Source: Octopus sinensis (Eukaryota). Taken from it: a stretch of DNA of 64,000 nt. Positions 51,303 through 62,900 of this stretch are shown in pieces. The notes under the pieces are model-generated. The model ran no database searches. It saw only the letters and a list, made by a program, of their open reading frames with translations, and was not told the DNA's origin. The stretch spans positions 196,106,001 to 196,170,000 of the forward strand of contig NC_042998.1 of NCBI RefSeq assembly GCF_006345805.1, written 5' to 3'. The position numbers were made by a program, and so were the translations under genes. Every line of letters begins with the position of its first letter. The first letter of the stretch is position 1.

Positions 51303-51756
51303 CCTTTCATTACCGTATTTCTGTTGAGATGATCTGTGTTTCTTTCAATTATTTTAAATATAACAAAGAATTTAGTAAAATAACTTTGTTATCATTAAGC
51401 TAGTGTTAGGAACATAAATTGTGACTAAGGTTTGGTGGAAGATTTTAATTCAAAACTTATGAAAACAAGACATTTGTACTCAGAGCCAGAGCTGGTTTCA
51501 GCCAGGTTGGTAATGAAAGGGTTAAGAATTGTTTCTCTATTATATATTTTAACCCTTTTGTTACCATATTTCTTTCAATTATTTTAAATATAACAAAGAA
51601 TTTAGTAAAATAACTTAGTTATCATTAAGCTAGTGTTAGGAACATAAATTGTGACTAAGGTTTGGTGGAAGATTTTAATTCAGAACTTATGAAAATAAGA
51701 CGTTTGTATTACAGAGCCAGAGGTGGTTTTAGCCAGGTTGGTATCGAAAGACTTAA
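51303..51756. mobile_element. Two adjacent ~200-bp piggyBac-type MITEs
   Basis: Copies 51303-51521 and 51553-51752 nearly identical; ttaa-cccttttgttacc and ggtaatgaaaggg-ttaa ends. Confidence 0.65.
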
Positions 51757-52052
51757 GCCTGGCTACTCAGGACAAACATTTGCTGTGAACTACAGCTACT
51801 ACAGCACTAACAACTGCAACAAATTTACTGAAAACTATTTGCAACTGTAACCTAAGTAGTGTTTGTTTGATTGTATTTCACTGTCTTCAACCAGGACGTA
51901 CGAAACAATGTGAGATGAGATCATTGAAAACAAGCTGTGTTTGTTTTTCTACTTTATTCATAGTTTATATAACAGTCTGTCTATATATATATATACTATA
52001 TAACTGTCTATATATACTAAGTAACAGTGTATATAGCATATTGTATATATCT

Positions 52053-52271
52053 ATTTCTTTACTACCCACAAAGGGCTAAACACAGAGAGGACAAACAAGG
52101 ACAGACAAAGGGATTAAGTCGATTACATCGACCCCAGAGCGTAACTGGTACTTAATTTATCGACCCCGAAAGGATGAAAGGCTAAGTCGACCTCGGCGGA
52201 ATTTGAACCCAGATGAAATACGGCTACGCATTTCGCCCGGCGTGCTAACGTTTCTGCCAGCTCGCCGCCTT
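52053..52271 (-). mobile_element. SINE family M
   Basis: Reverse-complement match. Confidence 0.85.
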
Positions 52272-52365
52272 GTGTATTGTATATATAGTGGTCTATGCAG
52301 TCTGTATAACGATGTATACTGTATAACTATATAATCTATATTGCAAGTCTATATGGTATAATTGT

Positions 52366-52655
52366 GGTGGCACATGGCCTAGTGGTTAGAGCAGCGGACT
52401 CGCGGTCGAGGTATCGCGGGTTCGAATCTCAGACCGGGCGATGCGTGCGTTTATGAGCGAAACACCTAAGCTCCACGCGGCTCCGGTAGAAAGCAATGGC
52501 GAACTTCTGCTGACTCTTTCGCCACAACTTTTCTCTCACTCTTTCCTCCTGCATCTTGCAGCTCACCGGCGTCCCGTCCAGGTGGGGAACCTCTACGCCG
52601 ACGAAACCGGGAAACCGGCCCTTATGAGCCAGGCGTGACTCGAGAAAGAACAAAC
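52366..52655 (+). mobile_element. tRNA SINE with family D-like head and a different 3' half
   Basis: tggcctagtggttagagcagcggactcgcggtcg...gggttcgaatctc. Confidence 0.7.
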
Positions 52656-53426
52656 AATATGGTATAATTATATACTTTATATAACAGTGTATGTTGTATA
52701 ACGATACATTGTGTATGAGATTGGAAAAATGTTTGGGAATTATTTATTCGCCATTACACATGTTTCATTTGTTAATAGGAGTTACAAAATTGCACATGTA
52801 GACAAACCATGTAAAGTATCTCCCGTTAGAAATTCTTCAGGCAGAGAATCAAATAATACATATACACTTCTACGACGTGTATGTTGTCTGGTTATTAAAG
52901 CCTACTTACAAAGTCTTCACAACTCGGGTATTTCCTGTTTTCATAAAGTCATTTCTAATTTTATGAATTTAAAAGGTTAAATATATATATATAAAAAAAA
53001 AAGAAAGCTCGACTCCAGTTCAATTCTTGGATCAAATAAGCCTTGTCCCTAAATTGATCACCCCTACACTCTATGGTTGACGGGGTTTGCTTTTTAATTT
53101 AGATTTTGTGCTTCGTCTTTTCAGCTATTTCCATGATGTTCGAGCATTTGGTGGTAATAAGCTGTTTAGCTCCAGTTGAAGTCTTAAAGAGTAAACAGAC
53201 TTATGATTGAAAGAATTCCAGTTGTGACCACCCCATTTGTTTATGGGTATCCAGGTCTACGTTACCTAACACATCCTTCCTTTTTTTTAAAGAAGGTATA
53301 GTGTGATTTGATAGCGATTTGGCTTCTGTTTCTTGCAGATCGAATGACCAGGTCAATACTCCATCGTTGTAGCAAGGGACCAAAACATACCGATCCTTTT
53401 CTATTTCATCTGCTTTTTATGTTCAA

Positions 53427-53820
53427 CTAGCAGTATCGCCCGGCGTTGCTCGGGTTTGTAAGGGAAATAACTATATAAGCATTTTTAGAGATGTAAAGTA
53501 TAATAGCCATCTCAATATGGCTAACCACAAAGCGGGGTGTTACTGTAGGTTTTTACGTTCTGAGATTTAATAATACATTTTTAGAGAGTTACTTCCCTTA
53601 TATAATAGCAAAAAAATGCATTACAAATGGGAAAAAATGGTGGTAAATTTTTTTTAAATCGTAGACTCATCGTAGACGCGCGCTAATACCCAGAAGGGCT
53701 CGATATGAATCACGACTATAAGATACCCGGTTTTGGTTACACTGCACCGCAAAATGTGGGAGTAGTTAGGAATCTAAATCGTAGGAGACAGACACACAAC
53801 TTTAGTTTTATATATAAAGA
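53427..53820 (-). mobile_element. Non-autonomous Helitron
   Basis: Reverse complement of 39775-40161, inserted at an A|T site. Confidence 0.85.
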
Positions 53821-53949
53821 TAATGCTGGGGAGAGATACTGCTGGGGTAGGTGGAAACGGTACGTTTTCGGCGGCAAGCTGGGTTTGAACCCTGGTTTTT
53901 CATTTTAACTGGAAACAATTTATTTAAGAACAGAATTTTAATCATTTAT

Positions 53950-54225
53950 TAGTTGAGTCTAACAATTGCAGATGTCGTTTATTATTGGTCTCCCTCGTCG
54001 CTTCAACGGTTGCACGGTGTTCTCCGTTCGCTTCGTGAAGGAATTCAGATCTAGCTACGGACGATGTAACAGTGGTCTCCACTATTTTGGCGGGTATATT
54101 GGACCCAGCTCTACATTGGTTTTTTTTTTTGTCTCCTCCAAGGTGTTGATCCTGGTTGTTACAAAGTCGAGGGTGGCTTGGTAGCAGGAGCCTCTCCACT
54201 GAGCTCTATTCAATGCATCCATGTC
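53950..54225 (-). mobile_element. Possible degenerate RTE-type LINE ORF C-terminus
   Basis: ALNRAQWRGSCYQATLDFVTTRINTLEETKKK resembles the A.DR..WR...FE..R....KR pattern of RTE C-termini. Confidence 0.35.
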
Positions 54226-54299
54226 TAAAGAAAATAAAACCTTCATTGCATATTGTCTATAATCGTTATTATTGTTATTAATAGGGGGAAAATACGTAG

Positions 54300-54900
54300 G
54301 GAGGCGAGATGACAGAATCGTTAGAATGGCGGGCGAAATGCTTAGCAGCATTTCGTCTGCCATTACCTTCTGAGTTCAAATTCCGCCGAGGTCGACTTTG
54401 CCTTTCATCCTTTCAGGGTCGATTAAATAAGTACCAGTTACGCACTGGGGTCGATGTAATCCACTTAATCTGTTTGTCTGTCCTTGTTTGTCCTCTCTGT
54501 GTTTAGCCCCTTGTGGGTAGTAAAGAAATAGGTATTTCGTCTGCCGTTACGTTCTGAGTTCAAATTCCGCCAAGGTCGACTTTGCCTTTCATCCTTTCAG
54601 GGTCGATTAAATAAGTACCAGTTACGCACTGGGGTCGATGTAATCGACTTAATCCGTCTGTCTGTCCTTGTTTGTCCCCTCTGTGTGCAGCCCCTGGTGG
54701 GCAGTAAAGAAATAAGAATCGTTAGAACGGCGGGCGAAATGCTTAGCGGCATTTCGTTCGTCTTTACGTTATGAATGCAAATGCCGCCAGGGTTGGCATT
54801 GCCTTTTATCCATTCCGAGATCGATGAAATTGGTACCAGTTGTGCACTGGCGTTAATGCAATTGGATTATTCCATTGCTGGCCTTGTGTCAAAATTTGAA
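54300..54900 (+). mobile_element. Family M dimer followed by an older related SINE
   Basis: Two bodies up to 54715, then a degenerate copy. Confidence 0.8.
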
Positions 54901-55699
54901 ACCATTATCATTTGACTTTCTGTAAATTCCTACAAAATATTCGACCCTCCTCCCCTTATCGTTACAATTATTATTTTTGTTAACCAAAAGAAGAAACGGT
55001 TGAGGAAGAAATGCATTTCTTGATAAATGTTGTCGCTTCTCTCTCTCTCTCTCTTCTTCCATATATTTCTTATTCTCAGTTTTATATAAAAATATGATAA
55101 AAGCCAACTGGTTTATTTATTCCTCTTCAAACATTGCATATGGCTGTTTCCACATCTCAGTTGCAGTTAGCTTGGTAAGCAAGTTGTATTTATTTATTTT
55201 TAAATTAATCATTTTACCTTCTGTCTGTCTCTCTCTTTCTCTCTTTCTGTTTGCTCGTAGTCTTGTCCGTCTCCCACGAAATTCTTTTTCTCATTCAGTC
55301 CAGAAAAACAAAATAACAATAATAGCTGAATAAATATAAAAATTAAAAAAAACGAAAGTCGAAACAACTTTTAAGCAGAAGTCCTACTCGTCCTGCAACT
55401 CCAAGCGCATTCCTTACTACACTGTGGCAATGAACTGACAACATACCTATCCTCTCTCTCTGTCTCTCTCTTTTCCCCCTCTTCATCAACTGATGGCCTG
55501 GAATTATATATAAACCCCTTATTTAAAATATCAGGAATATGGAAAGCTCTCTCATTCTTCAATCGATCGATCATTCTTCAACTGAATCAATCAATCAATC
55601 AATCTAGCTGTGCAACAACTTTCAACATCGATATCCTAATTTTTAATTGTAGTAGTAAGCTAGAAAGAGAGATACAATGTGGTGACATCTTAAAGTGTC

Positions 55700-55900
55700 A
55701 CTTTGTCAAAGTTGACCACCTGTGATTCGGTTCCGCCGCCGTCGCCGCTCCTATCGATCTGATGACGTGCTACCACGTGACTGCCGTTCGGCGCCTGGAT
55801 TGGTCTTTCGCTGCGAAGCTACGATTTTTTTTCGCCTTCGTGTCGCACTTGCAAGTGCGTGTTTTTTTGCACAAACATCTGCTGGCAGCTCTGGGAATAC
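55700..55900 (+). promoter_or_regulatory. CpG-rich candidate promoter with CRE-like TGACGTG and E-box CACGTG
   Basis: Repeat-free GC/CpG-rich patch upstream of the giant ORF; tgacgtgctaccacgtga near 55762-55780. Confidence 0.4.
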
Positions 55901-56165
55901 ATTTCACCGAATGCAACCGACTGGATTCCTTCTACGCGCACAGATCTTACAGGAAAAAAAACCGGGAGGAAAAGAGAGAATTGAATTCTTATACTGACAC
56001 ACACGGTCTCATCATCAGTAAAATAGATGCTACACTGCTGGTACAGGCGGAGGCAAGGAGTCTGCCTCCCTGTTGCCAAACGCTTATTTTCATTCGGAAA
56101 TATAACATATTTTACTCATTTAAAAAGCTTCACTCATGATTCCAGAGGATTACCTTTCTGTGAAC

Positions 56166-56202
56166 ATGGATATTTTACGGACGGCTAGGAGGCACAAAGA
56201 AG
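56166..56202 (+). CDS. Candidate short first coding exon MDILRTARRHKE(G), phase-1 donor
   Basis: AACATGG start context, 12 codons, then AAG|GTAATG donor followed by AT-rich intron-like sequence. Confidence 0.4.
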
Positions 56203-56940
56203 GTAATGGCTATATATTTAAATTATAAAACAACAATGTTGTGGAATTTACACAAGTTGATGTCTAATGTTGGTAAATAACACCAAATGCATCCCCCTGC
56301 ATATTGCTACACGGCGGACTCGATTCTCTCGTAGCACAATATTTCACTGAAACACAAATGACAGCTAAACATTTCTTTATATTCTACGACTACAAACAAA
56401 GGTCACCCTTCATTCACTTTGATTGTTCTCCATCATAAAAATTCCTCGCTAATCTATGAAACACCTTAATATTCCTGCTGAATAACCATTCCTGTTATTT
56501 TGTCAATACTGAAAAAAAAAGTGGAAAAACCAAAAAAATAGCAAGAAAAAGAAAAAAAAGTTTCTGCGCAACTGGCAAAGTTGGGTGTGTTTGCATATGT
56601 AAAAAAAAACGAAAAAAAGAAATAAAAATTGTAATCAATATGTATTATCTTTCCTCTGTCCTCTACACACCTCTGTAGCCCTAAACCTGTCCTTGTGGCT
56701 TGACTACCACAGTATGTATGTCATTGTAAATATATTTATAACTCGCTTTCTCATCACAAACGACGTGGACAGCTGTTACATGCGGCAGGTCGGCTCTCTC
56801 TCTTCGGATCTATACAACTGATTGATTTTTATTCATGGATTACATTTTGGATTAAATCAACTGTTTATCTAAAAACTATTTAAAACTGCCGTTTTCTTTC
56901 TTTATTTCTTCTCCGATGTTCTTTCAATGACTCTCAAACG

Positions 56941-59900
56941 ATGAATGCGTCAGGCGGAGTCCCAGCTATGGACGGAGCGTTCGAACGGTTTATCACGGCC
57001 GCCATCGCTACCATCATTACTATCATGTTTTCTTGGAGACTCTTAACCGATGTCAACGAGTACGACTCCACCATTCCCATCATTTCCCCTCCACCGCCCA
57101 GACTGAAGCATCTCACAGAAGACAACCGGGAAACAGATGATAGTAATGATTACGATAACTTTTCAGACGCTGACGACGAAGCTGAAATCGAACCCGCGAC
57201 CTGCCAATTCAGAACCTTTGCTTTTGCAATGCCAGCGAGCCGCCAACATTCCGATCACAGCATTCCAGGTGTAACCAGTCATTCTAACATTCCGAGTGCA
57301 GCAGAGATGAGCAACGTTCGTTATCATTCCACAAACAGAGCTGACGACTGTTATCAAACGATGGCGATACCCAGAACGACAGACATACCTGGCGGATGTG
57401 CGGAGCAGGAGATAAGTTATCAACCTGTCGAGCCATTAGGCCTGAAGGCAAATAACACAGCAGTAGCAGCAACTGGTAGTAGTAGTAGTAGTAGTTGTAA
57501 TAATACAGTTACTGCTGCTGCTTCTAGTACAGACATTAAAGTAGGCAGCACGGTAAGAAGCCACCCTATTGTAGCTAAGAGAGAGACAGGTAAAACTGTT
57601 TTTACGTTGAGTTCCGCCTCGCCGCTCCAACAAGTTGTATCACCCCCTCCGCTGGAAGGTGTTCACACCAGACCAAGGCTGCCCTCACTTCAGCTCGGCG
57701 GCAATTCTCCTCCGCAAAACCTCCTCGCTTCTGACGACTCGCTAATGACGACCACACCGAGACGTTCGTCTCACACTTCTATCGAAGCACCAACAACAAC
57801 ACCACCATGTCTTTCTTCTTCTTCTACATCGACAAACGTAAGTCGTTCTTCTTTAACTCAAACGTCGAGTCGTGGATCTCAGGTGAAGCGACCACCTCCG
57901 CCATTGCCGCCTCGACGACCTCAAGGTAGCGGCGGTGGCGGTGGTGATGTTACACACACCACTATTAACAACAACAACAATAACTATGATAATATTTCTT
58001 CTACTACTACCTCTATTGCTAGTCCAAATGACCGTAATACTAATGCTACCAACACACACACATCGACTGGCGATCAAACTAAAAAACCTGCCGCCGCTCC
58101 TATATTAGGAAGACGAGCCATGGCGAACAACAATAAAAATAATGTTGCTAACAAAAACGAAAGCTGTCAGTCCACAAGTAGCAGCAATAATAGTAGTAGA
58201 GGCAGCAGCAGTAGTGGTAGTAGTACCAGTGGTAGTACCAGCAGTCTTGTGTGTAACCGTGAGTTTCGAAATATTGTCGACGACGATGACTTCAAACAAA
58301 TGGTACCCAGCCGTGAAATGAATTTCTTTCGTCCAAGGCATCGATATTGCCCTCCGCCGCCCTCGCCGTCCAATGTCCACTACTACGATATCGATTCCGA
58401 CTCAGACAGCGACTCCGAAGTTTTCTATTTCAACGGTCTGGAACCGATCGAGGAAGAAGACTCAGACGATCTATCCTCCGACAGCGATCGATGCGAGGAG
58501 TACGAAGTGAAAGGAAGCTACCCACCCTCCGTCATTCACCACGACTACCACGACGACGACAACAACAATTTTCACACCTTCAACAGAAGCAGCAGCGGCA
58601 GCCTCGGCAGCAGCTACAAGCAACCCAGTTCGTTTAGTCTTACAGGTGTTCCAGCACGTGGCAATGCAGGTCTGTTATTTTCATCTCACCCTGGTGACGC
58701 TGCTGCTACTACTACCATCAACAATCGAACGGCATCGTTGCTGTCTGCCAGCAGCAGTCATCATCATAATAATAATATTAGTAGTAGTAGCAACAGCACC
58801 AGCATCAGCAGCTCGCCTCGCCAGCATGGCAGAAGTTTTACGACTGAAAACAAAAACAGTGAAGCTGCTAAGATTTGCGAGGGAAGTTCTGTGGATACGT
58901 CCTTCACGTCCCCTTATGTGTCGAGCAGCGATGAACCGACGGAGAGAGAAGAGCCGGAGGAGAAAGGCAAAGAAACAAGGCCATACAGTGTAGTAGAGGA
59001 ATGTGACCAACCCAGGTACGAGGATGACGACACGAGTCGAGATAATAACAATGTCACCTACACACACGCTACAGCGACTGTTGAACAGGCACCCATTATA
59101 TGTCCACCTAAGCAATTGTTTAATGTGCTGCCGTCCTCCACTTCGTCGTTTTCTCTATCAAACACTCATTCAACGTCAGTATTAACGCCGCCAGAACCAC
59201 CACCGCCGCCGCCGCCAACAACAATAACAATAACAACAACAGCTACAGTTGATAATGTGATATCTACTAATAACATTCCAGTCCAACATATGTATAGAGG
59301 TAATAACAATGGAGATACGATAAGCTATACATCGAAAGTTTGTGCAGAGGAACAGTCGGGTTTTGTTACGATGCCTCCTCCTCCTCCAAGTTCTGACCAC
59401 TACCAACAACAACAACAGCAGCAAGAGTCTCGTGCCAGTGGTTTTGGTCAGGTGGACAATATCGATTCAACAAGCAAACAAACGACAGTTCGGTCGACGG
59501 AGGAACTGAGCAACTCGTTGAAGAAATCCTCGGTGACCGCTCGACCCCTCAGCCAGACCATCGGCGATTTAAGTGACACGTCACGTGATTTGACCACTTA
59601 CAATGAAAATGCACTTTTGACTTTCACAACGTCCACGAACGAACGTTCACAGCGAATCAAGGACGATTCCGTAAACCCTGCACAGACTCCTCAAAAGTCT
59701 CGGGAGCGATCTTATTCCGATGGCGATGTCAACCCAGATGAAGAAACCTGCAGCAGTCCATCTGAAAGTACTCATGGTCTTATGCTCGATATCCGAGCTA
59801 ACGCTACAACGAAAGAGGAAACCGAGTCGTATGGAGATGAATTCCTAATCATGGGGAAAAATAATCTACAGAATTTCCAGACTCCTTCACCGGATGTATA

Positions 59901-62900
59901 CTGTTCCAACCAATCCAACTGGCCCATCCAGCTCTACTTTGATGCTACCAAATCCAATGCTGCCGAGAATCCACCTCGTGGTTTTACGTTTTCCTACTCG
60001 GAGCCGGGCGAAACGGCCTACAAAGCTCGTAGTTATTACGTCGAGAACTACGACAACAACAGCAACACTTTGAACAACAACAATGTTCACCATGAATATG
60101 ATGACCGTCGGAATATGTCAGAGCTTAATGAGAATAATAATTTATCTGCAGATGATCTAACGTTTACTCCACCAAGGGACTATGTCGATAACCCAGTGAG
60201 ATTTGCTTCTGATGATATTAATGTCTTTACAGCTAGCAAGCTTGACAATGGCCCAGTGATAATTACAAGGGCCTTGTCGATGACGGAGGCTGAACCAAGT
60301 AGACAACCTGACAACTACACCAGTCTTGAACAGCAAAACAGATATCTGTCAAATTATAAGGAACCAGAGAGTATGGAAACTACATCATCTCGAGTACAGC
60401 ATGGAGAAGGGAACCAACCACGAAGGACTTACAGCGAACAGGAAGCCGTGGAGAATGTTTTACAGTACGATGGATTAACCGAGAAGGATTTATATATTAA
60501 CAAGTATTCGGATTACGTTCAGAGTGATTACGTTACCCTTGTTACTTTGGAAAAATCATACCCTGACATTTTAAAAAAAGGGAGTTTCATTGAAAATAGC
60601 CAGGATATAAATTCCAATGATTACGTTAGGGAGGAGAGTATGGAAGACAGTGTGTTTCCTGACGTGGTAAAAAAAGATACATACCCCGTCAGCTCCTCAC
60701 ATCAGGGTACTGTCGATCATGCACATGTATTGACTTTTCCTGATGTGTTAAACAAAGGAATCGTTGAAAAAACAGAGGATGTGATTTCTGAGGATTTTAC
60801 CGTATTAGAGTGTAAAGAGAAACGACCATTTCCTGATATTGTTGATGGACAAGCTTACCATGTTAATGAGCACGCAGGTTATGGTCAGAATTATTCTGTA
60901 ATGCAGGAAGCGGCAGAAAAAACAGGTTTTCCTGATATAGTAAATAGAGAAGAATTCCATTTGGACAGACATTTACAAGAGACTCAGCAGGGTTACACAA
61001 TGGAAAGTAAATTACTTGTTCATCAAGAACCAAAGGAAGATATAATTAAAAATGAAATTCCTGTTGACTATAGCAGTCGATTGGATACAAAAGAGAAACC
61101 TAGTTCTGATTCAACGAGAAATTCTTCATACGTATCACACGTAGAAATGGGGGCTGTTTTGAAACCCCCATCTTTGATAAAAAATGAGAATCTGGTTCCT
61201 GATACATATTCTTTAACTACAAGTGTTGATCCTGTAAGAAAGGTAACTGTATCACCTGAAAGTCTGTCCAGTTCTGAATTAGGATTAAAAACTGAACCAG
61301 CAGCCAGTGAAGAACTTGTTTCTAGTATGGACTCTGAAGTAGAATTTGAAGTGTTCAAAAGCGAATGTTTAGCCCATTCCGAGGATTATAGCAGTTTATT
61401 ATCCCTTGAAAAGTTGGATGAGTCAGGTAACATGTACCCCAGTCAACACGAGATGTCTTCAAATAAAGCTGACAGTGAGAATTATGAGGGCAGCCTGTCT
61501 CTCGAAGAATACGACGAACTTGCAGACCTCGTTAGTGACCAGCTTAGTCCACCTCTAACATCAGCCCTTCACAGACCATTGACAGTTAACACACACATAG
61601 GTGGCAGTCGTCAAGTTCCTTTAGTCCGACGGAAAATTAATGCTGTGCGGAAACGATATTTTGGCAGCGAAAACAACGTCTCCGATTTGGTTGAGGATGA
61701 AAATTCTGTGAGCAACCGATTTGCTCGATATCGCAAAACTTCTCTGAGGGCCTTGAAACGACGAGATGCTGCTAAGCGTCTCTCTTTACACAATGACCCG
61801 GAGGCAATACACGCTTCAAGGATTAGGCCAAGCAAAAGTCTGAGCCACATCAGTCAACTCTATTTACGCAGTGAACCTGTATGTAAGTACCCCCGTCCAC
61901 CTTTCCATGAAATACACCCAGACTGTATATTGTCACCTGGCAATGCGGATAACCTTGAAGAATCTATTCAAGCTGCATCCATTGATAATCTCGAGTCCTG
62001 TTTGTCCCAATACGATTCCTTTTGTTCTTTGGTGGAGACGGACATAGACACAGGGGAAACAACTGAGAGACGGTTCAGTTTTGATAGTGAAGCTTTTGAA
62101 ATTCCTTTCTCTTTTCAGCAATCCTATTTCGGCAAGTCAACGAGTCTAATGGATCTACGCTCAGAACAGCAACAGGTAAGGCGGTCGACCGGCAAAAGCC
62201 GGTTTGCTGACCGAAATGTACCAAAATCAAAGAGCATGCAGACACTTGAAACAAATCTTGACGATGATGATGATGAAGATGACCTTCTAGGTGAGTCAAG
62301 TTTTAGGCGAGTACCGTCCATTCATGAGCTGAGAGTGTCACGTTCTTTACAAAAATTAAATGTTCCGGCTTGGTACAAGAATTCAAGTGTGTCTCGCAGT
62401 GGTAGTTGCATTCTAAACAGAGACAATGACTCCATGAAATCCTTTGATTGGAGATTCAACGCAAGTCTTACTTCATCTCCAGCCAGCAGCATCATTAGCC
62501 ACCAAGCACCCGTTGTCATAAAAACACGTGTCACACCCAGCTATACTCGTTCATATTCTGCACCTCTGAAGACCCCTAAATTAGTGCTGCCTCCAAAGCC
62601 GGCTAATGTTCGACTACCAAGCGATCAATTCAGAAACCAAGAAAAGCCAAAAGGTTTGATGCCAATTCCAATAGTGCCCTTCTTAAAGATCCGGGAAATG
62701 TTTGAGAAGAAGAGTCAAGAGAACAACTCCCAACCGACTTTTCCCGCTCCAGTCAGTCCCGTTTCTAAAACTCCTGTGAAAAATTCAAAACCAGAACCAC
62801 CAAAACGGATAACTCCAGTGAAACCCGATTCAATATCGCAAAGTAAAAAGTCTCCTGTCTCACCTGGATTTTCTCCGGCTCTACGGATCGACGAAGCTAT

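Noticed and set aside
57103-57132. LKHLTEDNRE resembling the capping-protein-interaction motif LxHxTxxRPK
   Set aside because: Arg spacing is wrong and PK is absent.
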